64,000 bases of DNA from a virus: positions 64,001 through 128,000 of IMG/VR virus record IMGVR_UViG_3300030329_003470. One strand, written 5' to 3'. The translations under genes were made by a program, and so were the position numbers. Positions 26,501-37,273 of the stretch are shown here, piece by piece. The notes under the pieces were generated by a model that was not told where the DNA came from, ran no database searches, and saw nothing but the letters and a program-made list of their open reading frames with translations. Positions within the stretch are counted from its first letter, which is position 1. Every line of letters starts with the position of its first letter.

Positions 26501-29500
26501 CTTGCAGAGGGTGATACAATTAAGATTAAAGATTATTCAGACACTGCTGGAAGTTATATTCCAGCAACACCAACTAAACTTGGAATATATCCATCATACA
26601 AACCAGAGACATTTACTGATACAACTTATATTACAGATACTGATGTTATTAGAAGACACGACGGTTCAATCATTAAAGCATATGGTGATGAAAGAGACGA
26701 TTTAATACTAGAACTTGAAAAAAGAATTTACAACAATATAAAAGTAACCTATGATCAAACATTATTAGATGTAAACGAAGTAGTACCGTCTGCATTTACA
26801 TCAACCGAATATACATTAACTGAATGTGATGATATAATGGGATCTGATTTTTATGTTTGGGCAGGAAGAAACAATGTACAATACATTAACAATACAACAT
26901 TTAGTGAAGGCTCTCCTTTCACTTACAACTATGCAAAAAGTACTGGCAGATTAAAAGATGAAAAAATGCCTGGACACTGGAGAGGCATATACAAATATTA
27001 CTATGACACAGATAGTCCACACACTAGACCATGGGAGATATTAGGTCATTCTGAAAAACCTAGCACGTGGGACGCAACTTACGGGGCGGCACCTTATACA
27101 TCAGGTAACACAGTATTATGGGACGCAGTAGAATCTCAAACTGGAAGATATGGAAAATTAGGAATTAAAAGTTATCTACCTGTTAACGAATCAGGTGAAT
27201 TATTAGATCCTATTGCGGCAGGATTAATACATGAATTAGTTGTACCGGGTAGAAGAAATAGTTGGAAGTTTGGAGACCAAGGACCATCAGAAACTGCATG
27301 GAGAAGATCAAGTGCTTATCCATTTTCAGTTATAAAATTTTTAGCACTTACAAGACCTGCTAAATTTTTTACTGTATTTTTTGATCCATCTAGATTAAAA
27401 ACTAACATAACAGGAAACGTTGTTAGTACAGAAACAGATATTAGAACACAATTATCAACAGCAAAATATCATTTAGAAACAGAAACTAATAATGCAACAG
27501 GAGTTACAACAAGATACACAACAACAGGTTATCAACCATGCGTTGTTAATTACTTGATTTCAAAAGGATTAGATACAAAGACATTTTATTACGATAAAAT
27601 GAAAAATATAACAACTCAGTTGGCTTATAAGTTAGGTGGATTTACAGATAAAAACAATTTAAAAATTTTAACAGATTCAATTTCACCAGGATCATCTTCT
27701 GGATCCAAATTTATACCTGACGAAAACTATAAAATATTATTTAGAACATCTAATCCAGTAAATTCATTTTATTACTCTGGAGTACTAATTGAGAAGAATA
27801 CTGATACAGATTTAGACGGATCAACATTATTAGGTGGATATAAAGTTTTAGGTTATTCAACTGTAAAACCGTATTTTAACTTTCAATATCCTATTAAATC
27901 AGTTTCAGGTACAAAAGTTAGTGTAGAGGGTGCTGAAGCATTACAATACCAAAATTATCAACAAACAGTTCAAACGATTCCATATGGTTATGTGTTTGAT
28001 ACAGTGCAAGATGTTGTAGACTTTTTATTTGGTTATGGACATTGGTTAGAAGGTCAAGGATTTAAATTTAACAGATGGTCAACTGAATTAAAAGAAACAC
28101 TGAACTGGAGTAATTCAGTAAGAGAATTTTTATTTTGGACGACTCAAAATTGGTCAGCAGGATCGGCAGTAACAGTGTCTCCAGCGGCAGACGGTTTTGA
28201 ATTAGAAACAAATAATTCAGTTGTAGGTAAATTAAGAAATCTTGCAGGCGACTATTCTATATTAGACGCTGGTGGAAGAAAAATAGATATAAACGATATT
28301 TCAACAAAACGTGTTGGTACAACTATTGAATTAGTAATAAAACCAGCAGATGTAGGATTGTATAATGTTGCATTGAACACAGTTCAAAAAGAACACGTAT
28401 TAATATTTGATAATTCTACAGTGTTTTCAGATAAACTTTATGACCCAGATACAGGATTTAGACAACAAAGATTAAAATTAGTTGGTTGGAAAACTGGAGG
28501 GTGGAATGGAGATTATTATGCACCTGGTTTTATTTTTGATGCCGCACAGGTAACTTATTGGTTAAAAAATACAGATTATAAAATTGGAGATACGGTTGAA
28601 TATCAAGGTAAGTTTTATGTTGCCAAAATAAATCATACTTCAACTACAGAATTTGTAACATCTAGTTGGATTTTAAAAGATGAAAAACCTGCTCCTCAAC
28701 TTGTACCAAATTTTGATTATAAAATTTCTTCATTCCAAGATTTTTATAATTTAGAAACTAATAATTTTGATGAATCGCAACAAACACTCGCACAAAGATT
28801 AATTGGATACCAAAGCAGAGATTATTTAGAAAATTTATTTGTTAATGATATTTCACAATATAAATTTTATCAAGGGTATGTAAGAGAAAAAGGAACTGAG
28901 AATGCAATAACAAGAATATTAAAAGCAAAATATGAAGAGCAAGATATTGCATTAAGTTTATATCCAGAGTGGATGATTAGAACAAATAGAATAGGTAACA
29001 CTGACGCCAAAGAAAGTATACAAATAACTCTAAAAGATAATGAAGTAGTTGCTAATCCACAAAGTATTGAATTGCTTGAAACAACAAACGATACTAAATC
29101 GTATGCTAGAAGTTTAGGTGTAGCAGAAACTAATCTTTATTTTAAACCAGTTGACTATTCATCAACAACAACATTTTCAAGATATGATTACACAAAAGCC
29201 GGTGTAGACAGAGACCAAGTACAAGTTTATAAAACAGCAGGATATCCACAGTTGAATCAAGTGCAACATACAGCATTCAATGAATCAGATTTACTTAATA
29301 TTGACACTACTAAACTTAAACAAAACGAATTAGTTTGGGTAGCAAACAAAGGTAACAAAGATTGGGACGTGTTTAGAATTACAAATGCAGGTGTAAAAAT
29401 TGCTGAACTTGAACATATTAACAGTAATACTGAATTAGAAATTACATTTACAAGTGCTCATAGTTTCTCAGCAGGCACGACAACAACAACAGCAGATTAT

Positions 29501-32500
29501 ATTTTAATTGCAAATTCTGAATCCACAGATTTAAACAAAGTTTTTGTAGTTAAATCAGTTCCAAGTTATGAAAAGGTTATCGTAGACTTTGATGGAGTAA
29601 TTGCATCTTTACCAGTATTAGAAGACGGATCTACAGCAGAGTCTTATGGAAATGTTTACAAATTTACTTCAGTAAGATTAAGTTCAATGGATAATGCAAA
29701 CGATCTTATATCTTTTGATGACTATAAAGATAAAAATGATTCAATTAACAAAGAAGGTGATAAAGTTTTTGCAGACGCCGACAGTGACGGATTATGGAGA
29801 GTATATGAAAAACAAGATCCATACACACAAATAAGAACATTATCTCCAGACAATACAACAGAAGACCAAGACTTTGGTTATCAAATTGTTGCAAGAAACG
29901 ATGGAAGAACTGTGGTAGTTGCCGCACCAACAGATGGACAAGGTACAATAAACTTTTTATTCCGTTCAAGCACAACAGCAGGCACAACATTTGGCACACA
30001 ATCAGCAATGACAACAACTGCTGGAGACGATAATACGGGTAAATTAGGTTATTCTTTATCAATGAGTTCAGATGAAAATTTTGTTGTAGCAGGTGCACCT
30101 TATGCCAATTCTTATGGCTCTGATGGAAGTACAAGATTTTCAGATGCTGGTTTAGTTAAAATATTTGTATGGGATCCAGACACATTCAAATACGGAACAT
30201 TGAGTACAATATTACCTCCAGTAGATGCGGCATCACAAAATTTTGGTTGGGCACACAAAATTGTAGAACCAGGAGCAAATTCAGTTAGATCAACACCAAC
30301 AAAATATATGTTTGTATCAGCACCAGGTTTTGTTCCATCAGATGCACCAGACACTGATACAGGTAGAGTTTATATGTATGAGTGGGGAGTTGGAGCAGAT
30401 GGCTCAACATATGACAGATGGACACAGTGTTTAGAAATAGATTCTCCAGACGGAGACATTAACAAACGTTTTGGTCATAGATTACAAGTAAATGATAATG
30501 GTGATATACTTGCTGTATCTTCAGTTTCAACAGGCACAGCAGGTAAAGTAGAAATATTTGTAAGAGCATCAACATCAAATGATGATAGTGTACAACACGC
30601 ATTTACTCATGTGCAAACATTAACTGGTGCAACAAGTGACGGATCAACATTGAATACAAAATTTGGTGACTCAATGACAATGAGTAAAGATGGTACAACA
30701 TTGGTTATTGGTGCTCCAGGGTATGATGATAGCAGTCAAGCAGACGCAGGAGCAGTTTATTATTATAAATGGGACGCAAATGCTGATTCAACATTAAGTT
30801 ATACTTTACAGCAAACAATAACAGCACCAAAAACTCAAGTTAACATGAAATTTGGTTCAACGTTGGATATAAATGATGCAGGTACAAGACTTGTAATTGG
30901 TGCAGAAACATATTCAAATCACAGAGAAATGGTATTTGATTCAGGAGAAACAACATTTGACCTACAAGACACAACAATATCAGACCAAAATCCTAATTCA
31001 GGCGGTGCTTTTACTGCCACAAAATATAATACTAAATTTGTTATTGATGATTTATTAGTGACAACAAGTGTATCAGCAGATGATAATTTTGGAAAAGGTG
31101 TTTGTGCAATAGATAATACAATATTTGTTGGAGCACCAGATGACGAAGGTAACATAGCAAGTGACGGAAGTTCAATGTTAAGCAACGACGGAACTGTAAC
31201 TTGTTTTGATTGTAATGTTGCTGGAGAGTATGCTTGGAAACAACTTGCGTATGAAACTGCATTAATGGATGTTACAAAATTAGGAAATGTTTTTGAATTT
31301 AATAAAGCATCTAAACAAATTAGAGACCATTACAATTTACATGATCCAGTAAAAGGAAAAATTTTAGGATTAGCAGATAGAGAAATTAATATTAAAACAA
31401 CGTGGGATCCAGCACAATATAATTTTGGACCAAAAGCAAATACGCAAACTCCGTGGGGAGAAGAACACGTTGGTGAGGTTTGGTGGAATTTATCAACTGT
31501 AAAATGGTTGTGGTACGAACAAGATTCTCAAGAATACAAAACTAATAATTGGGGAAATTTATTTCCAGGATCATCAATTGACATATATGAATGGATAGAA
31601 TCAACGTTATTGCCAAGTGAATATGCTATTGCTTCAGCGGCGGCAAGTGAAACATTGGGCATCACAGGTACACCATTTATGGCAGATGATTCAGAATACA
31701 CAGTAAAACAAAGATATAATTCAGCACTTGATACAAATGTAAATTATTATTATTATTGGGTAAAAAATTCAACGTCACTTCCAGTAAACAGTACAGTTGA
31801 AAGAAAAAATACAACTAATTTTGTTTCTAATTTAATTACAAATCCTAGAAATTCTGGTATTAAACATTATGCAATTACTGATACAAACAAGTTATTAGTT
31901 TACAACACAATACAATTAGTTAATAGTGATATTGTTTTAAATGTTGATATTAGAACAAACACATTTGAAGGTGATGCACATTCAATTTGGAAATTAGTAC
32001 GTGAAGGAGATAAATCTTATCGTCCTGGAACACAAATAGAAACACGTTGGTGGGATTCATTAATAGGAAAAAACTCTACAGGCGATACTGTACCAGATTT
32101 AGATCTACCAGTAAACGAAAGGTATGGAAACAACATACGTCCAAGACAAACGTGGTATGTAGATAGATATGCCGCACTTAAAGAAATTATAGATTATGCA
32201 AATTCTATATTAAAGAAAAATCAATTAGTTGGAACATTTAGTTTAGATAATTTAGATTCTAATGATCCTGAACCAACAGCGGAAAGTTTAGAATGGGACG
32301 CATCTGTAGATACATATGCAGACTTAACTTATATTAATACACAAGACTTGTCAGGCACAGTAAAATATCTTGTAAAAGCAGACGAAAATGCTAATAATTA
32401 TTGGGCAATATACACGTGGGACGGATCCGTTTGGTCAAGAACAAAAATTCAAACTTTTAATACTTCTAATTACTGGAGTTACACAGATTGGTATGATATA

Positions 32501-35500
32501 AGTGGTGATTCAGGACACATACATAGTGAAAATACAAAAATTGATAAGCAGGTTACGTATGAATATGAATTAGATCAATTATTAGATTTAGAGAACGGAA
32601 AACACGTTAAAGTTACATCTGCAGACACAGGTGGATGGAAATTGTTTATGAGAACAGTATCAGGTGACGAAGACTGGGAAAATGTTGGAACAGAAAACGG
32701 AACTATAAAATTATCAACTAAACTTTATGATTATTCTCAAGACGCAACAGGATACGCAGGTGCAGATAATTTTGATGATAACTTCTTTGATCAAGAACCA
32801 TCACAAGAAACAAGACATATTTTAACTGCTTTAAGAGATGATTTATTCATAAACGATTTAGCATTAGAATATAATACTTTATTTTTTACAGGTTTAAGAA
32901 AAGTTTTAGAAGAACAAACATATGTTGATTGGATGTTTAAAACTTCATTTATAAATGTTACAAACTCTGTTAGACAACTAGATCAGAGAAAAACTTATAC
33001 AACTGGTACAGACGCATGGATAGAAAGTTATATTAATGAAGTTAAACCGTTCCATTCAAAATTAAGAGAGTACAAATTAGGATATCAAAGTACAGATACA
33101 CAAGATGGAATGAATACAGATTTTGATAGTCCACCTTTCTATGATGCTACTGATGGTAAAATTAGAAATCTAAATGTAACAAAAGATTCTGATAAACTTA
33201 CAGAATATCCTTGGCAGATGTGGAATGACTATCATAAAAAATATGTTTCATCTATTACATTATTAGCAGGAGGTTCAGGATATACAGAAGCACCAACAGT
33301 AACAATATTAGGTGGAACTGTTAATAGCACAGGACCGTTCCAAATACAAGGAACAAGTGCATCAGGAACAACTTCTGGAAGTTATGGATATTATTATCCA
33401 TTGTTTACAAGTGAGTCTCAAGCAAATGTATGGGACACACAAAACAATGGCGGTTCAGGTGCTTCAACAAAATACACATTTGATGAGTATGCAGGAGATT
33501 TTTATATGCCTAACGGTACTTCAAACACTGCACAAACTACACAATCTGGTGCTTATAAAATGTATACAACACCAAATACAGATGCGGCAACAGCCACGGC
33601 AACTGTTAGGAATGGTGAAGTTACAAAAGTTACACTAGTAACCAAAGGAAGAAATTACACAGCAACTCCAACAGTGGTTTTCACAGGCGGAACAGCATCA
33701 GGTACAAATCCAACTACGGTAGCAAAAGCATATGCAAACTTAAACAACGACCTTGTTAGAGATCTTGATGTTACAATGAAGTTTGATAGAATTAAATCTA
33801 CGCATGATGTTGTAGATTGGGCGGCATCTACTGCTTATGTGTATGGACAGTTAATTAGACACAATAACGAACTATACAAAACAACAAAAGCATATACATC
33901 AACTACTAAATTTAAAGAAGGTCTTAATAATCTTTATAAAGTTTATGGAGACGAAACAGGTTTAACAGCGTCAGACAGATTAAAAGGTTTCTATACACCA
34001 GGTACAGGAATGCCAGGCAATGAGTTAAATCAATTAATGCAAGGTGTTGATTATGGTGGAACAATGGTTACAGGATTGTTGTTCTCACAAGGACAAGGAT
34101 GGGATAAATCAGGATGGTATGATTTTCCTTGGGATAATTATGGTGCTTCAAATGTTGTATCATTTACAGCAGACGGTTCAACTAGCACTTATACTTTTGA
34201 CACAGCACCAGCAACAGGAAAAGTTTATCAAGTTTATGTTTCTGCAGATGACAGTACAAGATTAAAACTAGATGATATTATTAATGGTGATGGGTCAACA
34301 ACAGCATTTACTTTAACAACAACACCAGATGAAGGTGCTCTTGTAGAATTTATTCCATTTGATGACGATGGTGTATTAACACCAACTGATGACAGAACAA
34401 TAGATTCAATTATTAAAGGCGGTATGTTTGGTTCTGCTTTAGGTGTATCAGAAAGTGATATTTTATTAGAAGGTGATGAATTTGTAAGTCCAGATACAAG
34501 TTATGCACCAGAAGAAGCAATACCAGGACAGATATTTGACACATTAGATATTAAAGTTTATACATCTCCAGAATCAGGAGTTCCATTTATAACTGAAAAA
34601 AATCATAGAGTTGACGGATCTACACAAACATTTAGCATAGGTGACTATCCAGGAACTATTGCTTCAGTAACAGTTTCCATTGATGGAAAAATGAAAAAAA
34701 TTACAACAGATTACACAGTTGATATTACTAATAAAACAATTACTTTTAATACTGCACCAGCATTGTTCAGCATAGTGTCTACAAAAGTTTTTGCAATATC
34801 TGGAGAAAATTACAGAGTATTAGACCAGTATACTGGTGATGGTAGCACAGTTACATTTACTACAGGTACTAGTGACGATTTCCAATTAGATTCAACAGCA
34901 TCTGAAATTTATATTACAATAGACGGTGTGCCTACTACTTCTTTTTCAACTGCTAGTATTCAACAAAGATTACAAGTAACGTTTGATTCAGCACCAGCGG
35001 CAGACTCGTATATACAAATTGCAGGATTTAATAAATCAGCAACATCAACAAGAAGTTACGCAAGTATTAGAAATCAAGCAGTAACTTATGATGGTTCAAC
35101 AAACAGATATACTCTAACTTATCCACCAGGAGCAATTGGTCCATTCTCAGGATTAACAATAATTGAAGTTAATGGAAAAGTTTTAAGAGGACCAGACAAT
35201 ACTTACTACACAGGAGATGGCAGTACATATACATATGGAGTAACATCAGGAATGAACGATGACTCAACAGTTGATCCTGCAAAAACAGTTACAGCCGCTT
35301 CACAAGTTGAAGTTTATGTCAACGGAACGAAAAAAGATTTAAACACACACTACACAGTTGACGTAACAAATCAAAATGTTGAATTTAAAACAGATTCAGT
35401 TCCAACAGCAACAGATGTAATTTGTATTTCAACTTTAGTTGATAATCAATATTACAATGAAGGAACTGATATTATTTTAGATAAAGCACAGATTGATGCA

Positions 35501-37273
35501 GACTCAAGTACTTTAGGATACGCATTAGAGCAAAGTGATGTTATGTCAGTAACAACATTTAACAATGCATTTGGATCAAAAATTCGTAGAGAAGTTTTAG
35601 AAGGAAGAACTGAAAATGTCTTCAAATTAAGATTTGATGCTTTGAGTGGTGCTTACACTTATGTTTGGTTAAACGGAGATCAATTATTAGAAGGAACAGA
35701 TTTTACAATTAGTGGAAATACAATTACTGTAATTGGAAAAACAATAGTACAAGCAGATAGATTAGATGTAATGTATTTTGCTATAGACAGTGCTGTGAAT
35801 GCCACAGGATTTAGAATATTCAAAGATATGTTAAACAGAACTTTTTACAAACGTATTTCAAAAACTGCAACAACAACAATCAAAAATACTTTGGTTGCAG
35901 GTACCTCAGAAATTGAAGTTGTAGATGCAACTGTTTTAAGTACACCTAATGCGGCAAATAATATGCCAGGTGTAATTTTTATAGACAAAGAAAGAATAGA
36001 ATACTTTACATTATCAGGTAACACGTTAGGACAATTAAGACGTGGTACTTTAGGTACAGGAATTAAGGAGCATAGCGGTGGCACAGAAGTGGTAGATGCC
36101 AGCGGAACTCAAACTATCCCTTACGCAGATACAGTATACACCAACACTTTTACAAGTGATGGAAGTACGGCTGTATATGCTCTATCACAAGCACCGTCCT
36201 CAGCAAGTGAGTTAGACATATTCATTGGTGGCCAACGATTGTTGCTTACTAGCGAGGACGGTTCTACTATTAACTATTCTATCAACAACGATCAAATTAT
36301 TTCAACAGCAACTTTTGTAGACAGTTTTGATGTAAGTTCTCAAGATGGCGATGTAAGAGATGTGAAGTTTAATGCAGATGGAACTAAAATGTTTATGTTG
36401 GGTAGAGCCGATACCTCTGACGTTTATGAATATACATTAACAACAGCATTTGATGTTTCAACAGCATCATTCGTTGATGGTATAGATGTTGGTGTTGGCA
36501 CTTTAGGTGCATCTGGTTCACAAGGAGATAATTCAGCAAATAGTATAGAATTCAATACAGACGGAACTAAATTGTTTGTGTTAGGTCAAGGTAATGATCT
36601 TGTTAATGAATATGCATTGAGTACAGGATTTGATGTTTCAACGGCATCTTTTACGCAAAGTTTTGATATAAGTGCTCAAGAAAGTCTACCTTATGGTTTG
36701 GCATTTAATAATGACGGAACTAAAATGTTTATTTGTGGATGGTCAGGTGACGATATTAATGAATATGTATTAACAACAGGTTTTGATATTTCAACAGCAT
36801 CTTATTCTCAAAATTACAGTGTAGCGGCTCAAAACGCAAAACCATCAGCAGTACAATTTAATACTGACGGAACTAAAATGTATGTTTTGAGAGGAACTGG
36901 TGCTCCAGAAATACAAGAATATAGATTAACAACAGGATTTGATGTGTCAACAGCATCTTTTGTAAATAGTGATGCTGTGTTTGATGTTTCAAGCGAAGAA
37001 ACTAAACCAAGAGGTTTCTGTTTTAACAGTGATGGAACCAAATTATTTGTTTGCGGATATACTGGAGACGATATTAACGAATATACTTTAACTTCAACAG
37101 TTACTTTAACTACTCCTCCAGCGTCAGGAACACAGGTTAAAGTATTACATAAGAAAGGACAGGTGTGGTATACAGCAAAAGATGGTAATCCGTCAAACGG
37201 ATTAGGATTGCAGGCTTCTACTACTGCTCAGGCTAAATTCATAGCAGGCGAACCAACAAATGCACCTGAATAA
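23534..37273 (+). CDS. Giant (4579 aa) multidomain baseplate/virion protein (gp7-like position)
   Basis: Follows gp6. Contains a cupredoxin-like domain, repeated V.VNG....DYT...I.F...P modules, 7 FG-GAP-like repeats, IN..KPFH (as in wedge proteins) and a C-terminal propeller insert. Confidence 0.75.
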   Translation: MADNAINPLTNQEVVKQGDNELRRTVQHLPAFYRTDVNQRFLGSTLDPLVQKGSLERVDGFVGRQDAYTRKSTDRYLSATNRDRMAYQLEPAVTYTTQDTTSVNPEDQVKFSGTYDDYINQIKYFGGKVDNHDRLNKEKIYSWNPAIDYDKLINYREYYWMPTGPNAIEIDSVGTGAVAEYKVEAHPLDGSSARAWNFPHRENERNPIVTLYRGNTYKFNVNAKGHPFWIMTEPFMDAVAADGSTSTVYSTGVTNNGTDNGTVTFTVPTGAPDTLYYQCGNHDAMNGILQILTVDSTRKINPENDIIGVKNYSLRTLDLSNGMKVKFTSSKVTTAYQNKEYYVEGVGDAITLTDVEDLITPGSYSTETTILYDTVVYDSRPYAKAFFRPDDQDYITIKRNSRDQNAWSRYNRWFHKSVIEKTADINGHTPVLDETDRAKRPIIEFDSGLELYNHGTVAKKSITVYDTVTTDAFSDVVNTPGYIVDGITLSQGMRIIFAADTDSIVKNKIYTVNFVHASDDSTISTAANDSTAVLQFTEADDGAPADGESVFVEFGTKNQGKTFHYVEAEETWKEAQQKTKVNEQPLFAMYDNDEVAFDNATTYPNSTFEGAKVFEFATSDSATTDTVLGIKVKYDTINNVGDIVFESDHTSGSFTYKSDTTTVTKKLAEGHLHYTTGITTHNNKSAWIERTNESKQRVLRTFIVDDTEKQYFQIDFYKDSVDLTDLEISVSVNGIRKTITTDYTLVDGSTNKYVKFVEELSVDDQVKISGYSSASKVSDKGIYETPDNLSINSKNKQLGTFTWGQILLHVKDIFEKNEDVTGAIPGTSNLRDKQPDAKLNGGTIKQHLGSLLPAVFGLIDQEANVVSAIDYCNLEYEKWYSSFLTYAVGTAYEGVAADRVDEIIAAISQGKNSSFAFYYDDMVGYGENVSTRTYTVQGSSQTEYALDSQHSITTTSSRAVYVYLNDVQLILGTDYTFSTTDDTVNISATLAEGDTIKIKDYSDTAGSYIPATPTKLGIYPSYKPETFTDTTYITDTDVIRRHDGSIIKAYGDERDDLILELEKRIYNNIKVTYDQTLLDVNEVVPSAFTSTEYTLTECDDIMGSDFYVWAGRNNVQYINNTTFSEGSPFTYNYAKSTGRLKDEKMPGHWRGIYKYYYDTDSPHTRPWEILGHSEKPSTWDATYGAAPYTSGNTVLWDAVESQTGRYGKLGIKSYLPVNESGELLDPIAAGLIHELVVPGRRNSWKFGDQGPSETAWRRSSAYPFSVIKFLALTRPAKFFTVFFDPSRLKTNITGNVVSTETDIRTQLSTAKYHLETETNNATGVTTRYTTTGYQPCVVNYLISKGLDTKTFYYDKMKNITTQLAYKLGGFTDKNNLKILTDSISPGSSSGSKFIPDENYKILFRTSNPVNSFYYSGVLIEKNTDTDLDGSTLLGGYKVLGYSTVKPYFNFQYPIKSVSGTKVSVEGAEALQYQNYQQTVQTIPYGYVFDTVQDVVDFLFGYGHWLEGQGFKFNRWSTELKETLNWSNSVREFLFWTTQNWSAGSAVTVSPAADGFELETNNSVVGKLRNLAGDYSILDAGGRKIDINDISTKRVGTTIELVIKPADVGLYNVALNTVQKEHVLIFDNSTVFSDKLYDPDTGFRQQRLKLVGWKTGGWNGDYYAPGFIFDAAQVTYWLKNTDYKIGDTVEYQGKFYVAKINHTSTTEFVTSSWILKDEKPAPQLVPNFDYKISSFQDFYNLETNNFDESQQTLAQRLIGYQSRDYLENLFVNDISQYKFYQGYVREKGTENAITRILKAKYEEQDIALSLYPEWMIRTNRIGNTDAKESIQITLKDNEVVANPQSIELLETTNDTKSYARSLGVAETNLYFKPVDYSSTTTFSRYDYTKAGVDRDQVQVYKTAGYPQLNQVQHTAFNESDLLNIDTTKLKQNELVWVANKGNKDWDVFRITNAGVKIAELEHINSNTELEITFTSAHSFSAGTTTTTADYILIANSESTDLNKVFVVKSVPSYEKVIVDFDGVIASLPVLEDGSTAESYGNVYKFTSVRLSSMDNANDLISFDDYKDKNDSINKEGDKVFADADSDGLWRVYEKQDPYTQIRTLSPDNTTEDQDFGYQIVARNDGRTVVVAAPTDGQGTINFLFRSSTTAGTTFGTQSAMTTTAGDDNTGKLGYSLSMSSDENFVVAGAPYANSYGSDGSTRFSDAGLVKIFVWDPDTFKYGTLSTILPPVDAASQNFGWAHKIVEPGANSVRSTPTKYMFVSAPGFVPSDAPDTDTGRVYMYEWGVGADGSTYDRWTQCLEIDSPDGDINKRFGHRLQVNDNGDILAVSSVSTGTAGKVEIFVRASTSNDDSVQHAFTHVQTLTGATSDGSTLNTKFGDSMTMSKDGTTLVIGAPGYDDSSQADAGAVYYYKWDANADSTLSYTLQQTITAPKTQVNMKFGSTLDINDAGTRLVIGAETYSNHREMVFDSGETTFDLQDTTISDQNPNSGGAFTATKYNTKFVIDDLLVTTSVSADDNFGKGVCAIDNTIFVGAPDDEGNIASDGSSMLSNDGTVTCFDCNVAGEYAWKQLAYETALMDVTKLGNVFEFNKASKQIRDHYNLHDPVKGKILGLADREINIKTTWDPAQYNFGPKANTQTPWGEEHVGEVWWNLSTVKWLWYEQDSQEYKTNNWGNLFPGSSIDIYEWIESTLLPSEYAIASAAASETLGITGTPFMADDSEYTVKQRYNSALDTNVNYYYYWVKNSTSLPVNSTVERKNTTNFVSNLITNPRNSGIKHYAITDTNKLLVYNTIQLVNSDIVLNVDIRTNTFEGDAHSIWKLVREGDKSYRPGTQIETRWWDSLIGKNSTGDTVPDLDLPVNERYGNNIRPRQTWYVDRYAALKEIIDYANSILKKNQLVGTFSLDNLDSNDPEPTAESLEWDASVDTYADLTYINTQDLSGTVKYLVKADENANNYWAIYTWDGSVWSRTKIQTFNTSNYWSYTDWYDISGDSGHIHSENTKIDKQVTYEYELDQLLDLENGKHVKVTSADTGGWKLFMRTVSGDEDWENVGTENGTIKLSTKLYDYSQDATGYAGADNFDDNFFDQEPSQETRHILTALRDDLFINDLALEYNTLFFTGLRKVLEEQTYVDWMFKTSFINVTNSVRQLDQRKTYTTGTDAWIESYINEVKPFHSKLREYKLGYQSTDTQDGMNTDFDSPPFYDATDGKIRNLNVTKDSDKLTEYPWQMWNDYHKKYVSSITLLAGGSGYTEAPTVTILGGTVNSTGPFQIQGTSASGTTSGSYGYYYPLFTSESQANVWDTQNNGGSGASTKYTFDEYAGDFYMPNGTSNTAQTTQSGAYKMYTTPNTDAATATATVRNGEVTKVTLVTKGRNYTATPTVVFTGGTASGTNPTTVAKAYANLNNDLVRDLDVTMKFDRIKSTHDVVDWAASTAYVYGQLIRHNNELYKTTKAYTSTTKFKEGLNNLYKVYGDETGLTASDRLKGFYTPGTGMPGNELNQLMQGVDYGGTMVTGLLFSQGQGWDKSGWYDFPWDNYGASNVVSFTADGSTSTYTFDTAPATGKVYQVYVSADDSTRLKLDDIINGDGSTTAFTLTTTPDEGALVEFIPFDDDGVLTPTDDRTIDSIIKGGMFGSALGVSESDILLEGDEFVSPDTSYAPEEAIPGQIFDTLDIKVYTSPESGVPFITEKNHRVDGSTQTFSIGDYPGTIASVTVSIDGKMKKITTDYTVDITNKTITFNTAPALFSIVSTKVFAISGENYRVLDQYTGDGSTVTFTTGTSDDFQLDSTASEIYITIDGVPTTSFSTASIQQRLQVTFDSAPAADSYIQIAGFNKSATSTRSYASIRNQAVTYDGSTNRYTLTYPPGAIGPFSGLTIIEVNGKVLRGPDNTYYTGDGSTYTYGVTSGMNDDSTVDPAKTVTAASQVEVYVNGTKKDLNTHYTVDVTNQNVEFKTDSVPTATDVICISTLVDNQYYNEGTDIILDKAQIDADSSTLGYALEQSDVMSVTTFNNAFGSKIRREVLEGRTENVFKLRFDALSGAYTYVWLNGDQLLEGTDFTISGNTITVIGKTIVQADRLDVMYFAIDSAVNATGFRIFKDMLNRTFYKRISKTATTTIKNTLVAGTSEIEVVDATVLSTPNAANNMPGVIFIDKERIEYFTLSGNTLGQLRRGTLGTGIKEHSGGTEVVDASGTQTIPYADTVYTNTFTSDGSTAVYALSQAPSSASELDIFIGGQRLLLTSEDGSTINYSINNDQIISTATFVDSFDVSSQDGDVRDVKFNADGTKMFMLGRADTSDVYEYTLTTAFDVSTASFVDGIDVGVGTLGASGSQGDNSANSIEFNTDGTKLFVLGQGNDLVNEYALSTGFDVSTASFTQSFDISAQESLPYGLAFNNDGTKMFICGWSGDDINEYVLTTGFDISTASYSQNYSVAAQNAKPSAVQFNTDGTKMYVLRGTGAPEIQEYRLTTGFDVSTASFVNSDAVFDVSSEETKPRGFCFNSDGTKLFVCGYTGDDINEYTLTSTVTLTTPPASGTQVKVLHKKGQVWYTAKDGNPSNGLGLQASTTAQAKFIAGEPTNAPE
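29870..31200 (+). repeat. Seven FG-GAP-like repeats (integrin-alpha-type beta-propeller)
   Basis: DFGYQI..VVVAAP, KLGYSL..VVAGAPY, NFGWA..FVSAPG, RFGHRL..LAVSS, KFGDSM..LVIGAPG, KFGSTL..LVIGA, NFGKGV..IFVGAP. Confidence 0.75.
36305..37093 (+). repeat. Five ~52-aa beta-propeller blade repeats
   Basis: TAS(F/Y)...F(D/S)V.........FN.DGTK(M/L)F.......I.EY.L.T.FD(V/I)S occurs five times. Confidence 0.85.

Noticed and set aside
36305-37093. Near-repeated DNA in the terminal propeller as a DGR template/variable pair or CRISPR-like array
   Set aside because: Repeats are in-frame protein blades with synonymous divergence not limited to adenines; no reverse transcriptase or cas gene in the window.
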